Of a DNA stretch of 64,000 nt, positions 62,470-64,000 are shown piece by piece (the stretch's first letter is position 1; every line of letters begins with the position of its first letter). Below the pieces are notes generated by a model, which had not been told where the DNA came from, made no database searches, and saw only the letters and a list, made by a program, of their open reading frames with translations. Made by a program: the position numbers and the translations under genes. Origin of the DNA: Raillietiella orientalis (Eukaryota); NCBI GenBank assembly GCA_036172245.1, contig JAYWIR010000004.1, positions 5,890,001 through 5,954,000 on the forward strand, in the 5' to 3' direction.

Positions 62470-63300
62470 ACATTCTTAAATTTCAGTGTTCGAGATCTTT
62501 CCAAAATGCTTCTAATGTTTGCCCACGAATGCGATGCAGGATGACGACGAGGGTGCTTTTAGACTGAGAGAATATAACAGGGAGGGATTGTGAACTCGAG
62601 TAGAAGAGGAATGAAACATCCAGGAACGAATATTTGGTAATCGCAAAGCATGGGAGCATGCAACAGCAACCTTGGCAGGAAAGGTTTATTGTCACCAATG
62701 CGCAACTGAAGTGGGAAAACGGCATCTCGAGGCTTCCAGAGGGAGGCATGGTCTTGGGGCCATCGGGCTCCGCTAGCACAGTTATCACCATCCCATCCCG
62801 GAAATCCTGCTCTCGTAATAATGGCTAGCAACGTACACTGCGAAACTGTAAACTCTCTCAGGTCGTGTTCCGACACTGTTAAAAATTGATGGCCAGAACC
62901 ATCGCGAATTTTCGATTGATTCTTTCCTTGGCTTTGTCATAAGCCTTGCAACCGAAAGCAGTTCTGCTGGTCGCATCTTCTCCTGATGCAACTCCTCGGA
63001 TTTCAAATCATCCTGCCATTCCAAAACTGTGTTCTTCAACAAAAAAGAGTTCTGTACATTGCTGTTGCATCTTTTGTTCATTAGGTCAGTTCTTGGCAGT
63101 TTTCTGGTGCTCGTGCGAAATGACGTGGGTTAACCGTCGGAAGCTTCTTCCTCTCGCTCAGCGAAATCCCATCCTTCCGAACCCTTCGTCAGACAATTCG
63201 TCCCTACTCTTCCTTGTAAGAATCCTGCGGCGTCCTCCGACGCGTCTTTCACCCCTAGCTTGGAAAATTCACTTTTTTTTTGTATGTGTGTCTTGAGCAT
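62470..63300 (+). mobile_element. Decayed CR1/L2-like RT (domains 3-7)
   Basis: DLSK/ASNV at 62494 (DLSKAFD.V), QERFIVTNAQLKWENGISRLPEGGMVLGP (RQ.V..NG..S.W..V.SGVPQGSVLGP), TYTAKL (ADDTKL) and LFLVRIL (LY..LVRP). Confidence 0.6.
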
Positions 63301-64000
63301 GTTGTCATGCCTCCTCCGTGAAATCCCTGGAGCCCAAATACTCAGTTGAACTCCACTGAATGCTCACCTTAACATGACTCGCCGGTCACCATGATAGCCA
63401 TTAGCTCTAGAGCACTGCCGATATTCCTAATTGTGGGTTGCGCCTCAGTTCTGTTCAAGCCTAGTGAATATCTGATGCATAATGCGCCCGGAGTATGGCA
63501 ATTGCTCTTCGAGCCATCAGATGAATGAACGATGGGTTCAGAAGTAGGAAGACAGTTTCACAATTCTCCGAAAGATGAATGTGATGGCGGGGGCTGCTGT
63601 GAATTATAGACAACATTTTGAAACCTCATATTCTCCCCGAAGCAGCATTCTTTTCGTCCGAGATGAAGATGATTATGAAACAAATCCACGAAAACAGCAG
63701 ATAAAAATCATCCGACTCCGTAGATGCAAAATGAGGATAATCCTATTAAATACGCCCCTTTTATGTATTCATGAACGATAACAATTAGTGACCCCAACAC
63801 GCAGCGACTCTCGGCGCTTCCACTTGGGGATAGCGTGCGGCCGTTCTTGGCACACTGGCAACCCTGGTGCCGATTTGCTCCGTGTGCGCCAATTGTTTTG
63901 CGTAGATCCATCTCGTTAGCTTATTTAATAAGTCGAATTGCCGGCTCCTTCGGTGATGCCCTTCAGGAGACTGCGGAAATCTTATGCCGCTCTTCTGCAT

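Overview
Eukaryotic genomic DNA, probably from an arthropod (inferred from a Limpet-type PET gene). Three host genes are supported. (1) The 5' end of an axonemal dynein heavy chain (DNAH1-like) on the minus strand, with 8 exons from ATG 5173 running off the left edge and mostly 41-49 nt introns. (2) An apparently intronless orphan ORF of 408 aa on the minus strand (10185-8959) with a Cys cluster, a bipartite NLS and a C-terminal coiled coil. (3) A Limpet/testin-family PET(-LIM) gene on the plus strand, whose exons (26655-26945, 27720-27802, 48828-48996, 61445-61675) are separated by introns of 0.8, 21.0 and 12.4 kb; its LIM exons were not found and probably lie beyond the window. Much of the remaining DNA, which yields hundreds of spurious GC-rich ORFs, reads as heavily decayed non-LTR retrotransposons (RTE-like, CR1/L2-like and RNase H-bearing I/R1-group). 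There is also one deleted Mutator (MULE/Phantom-like) DNA transposon. Base composition swings from AT-rich at both ends to very GC/CpG-rich in the middle, and the dead elements follow the local composition. I found no RNA gene, CRISPR array, intact transposon or viral hallmark gene, and no complete novel system. All family assignments come from motifs read by eye; no database search was run.
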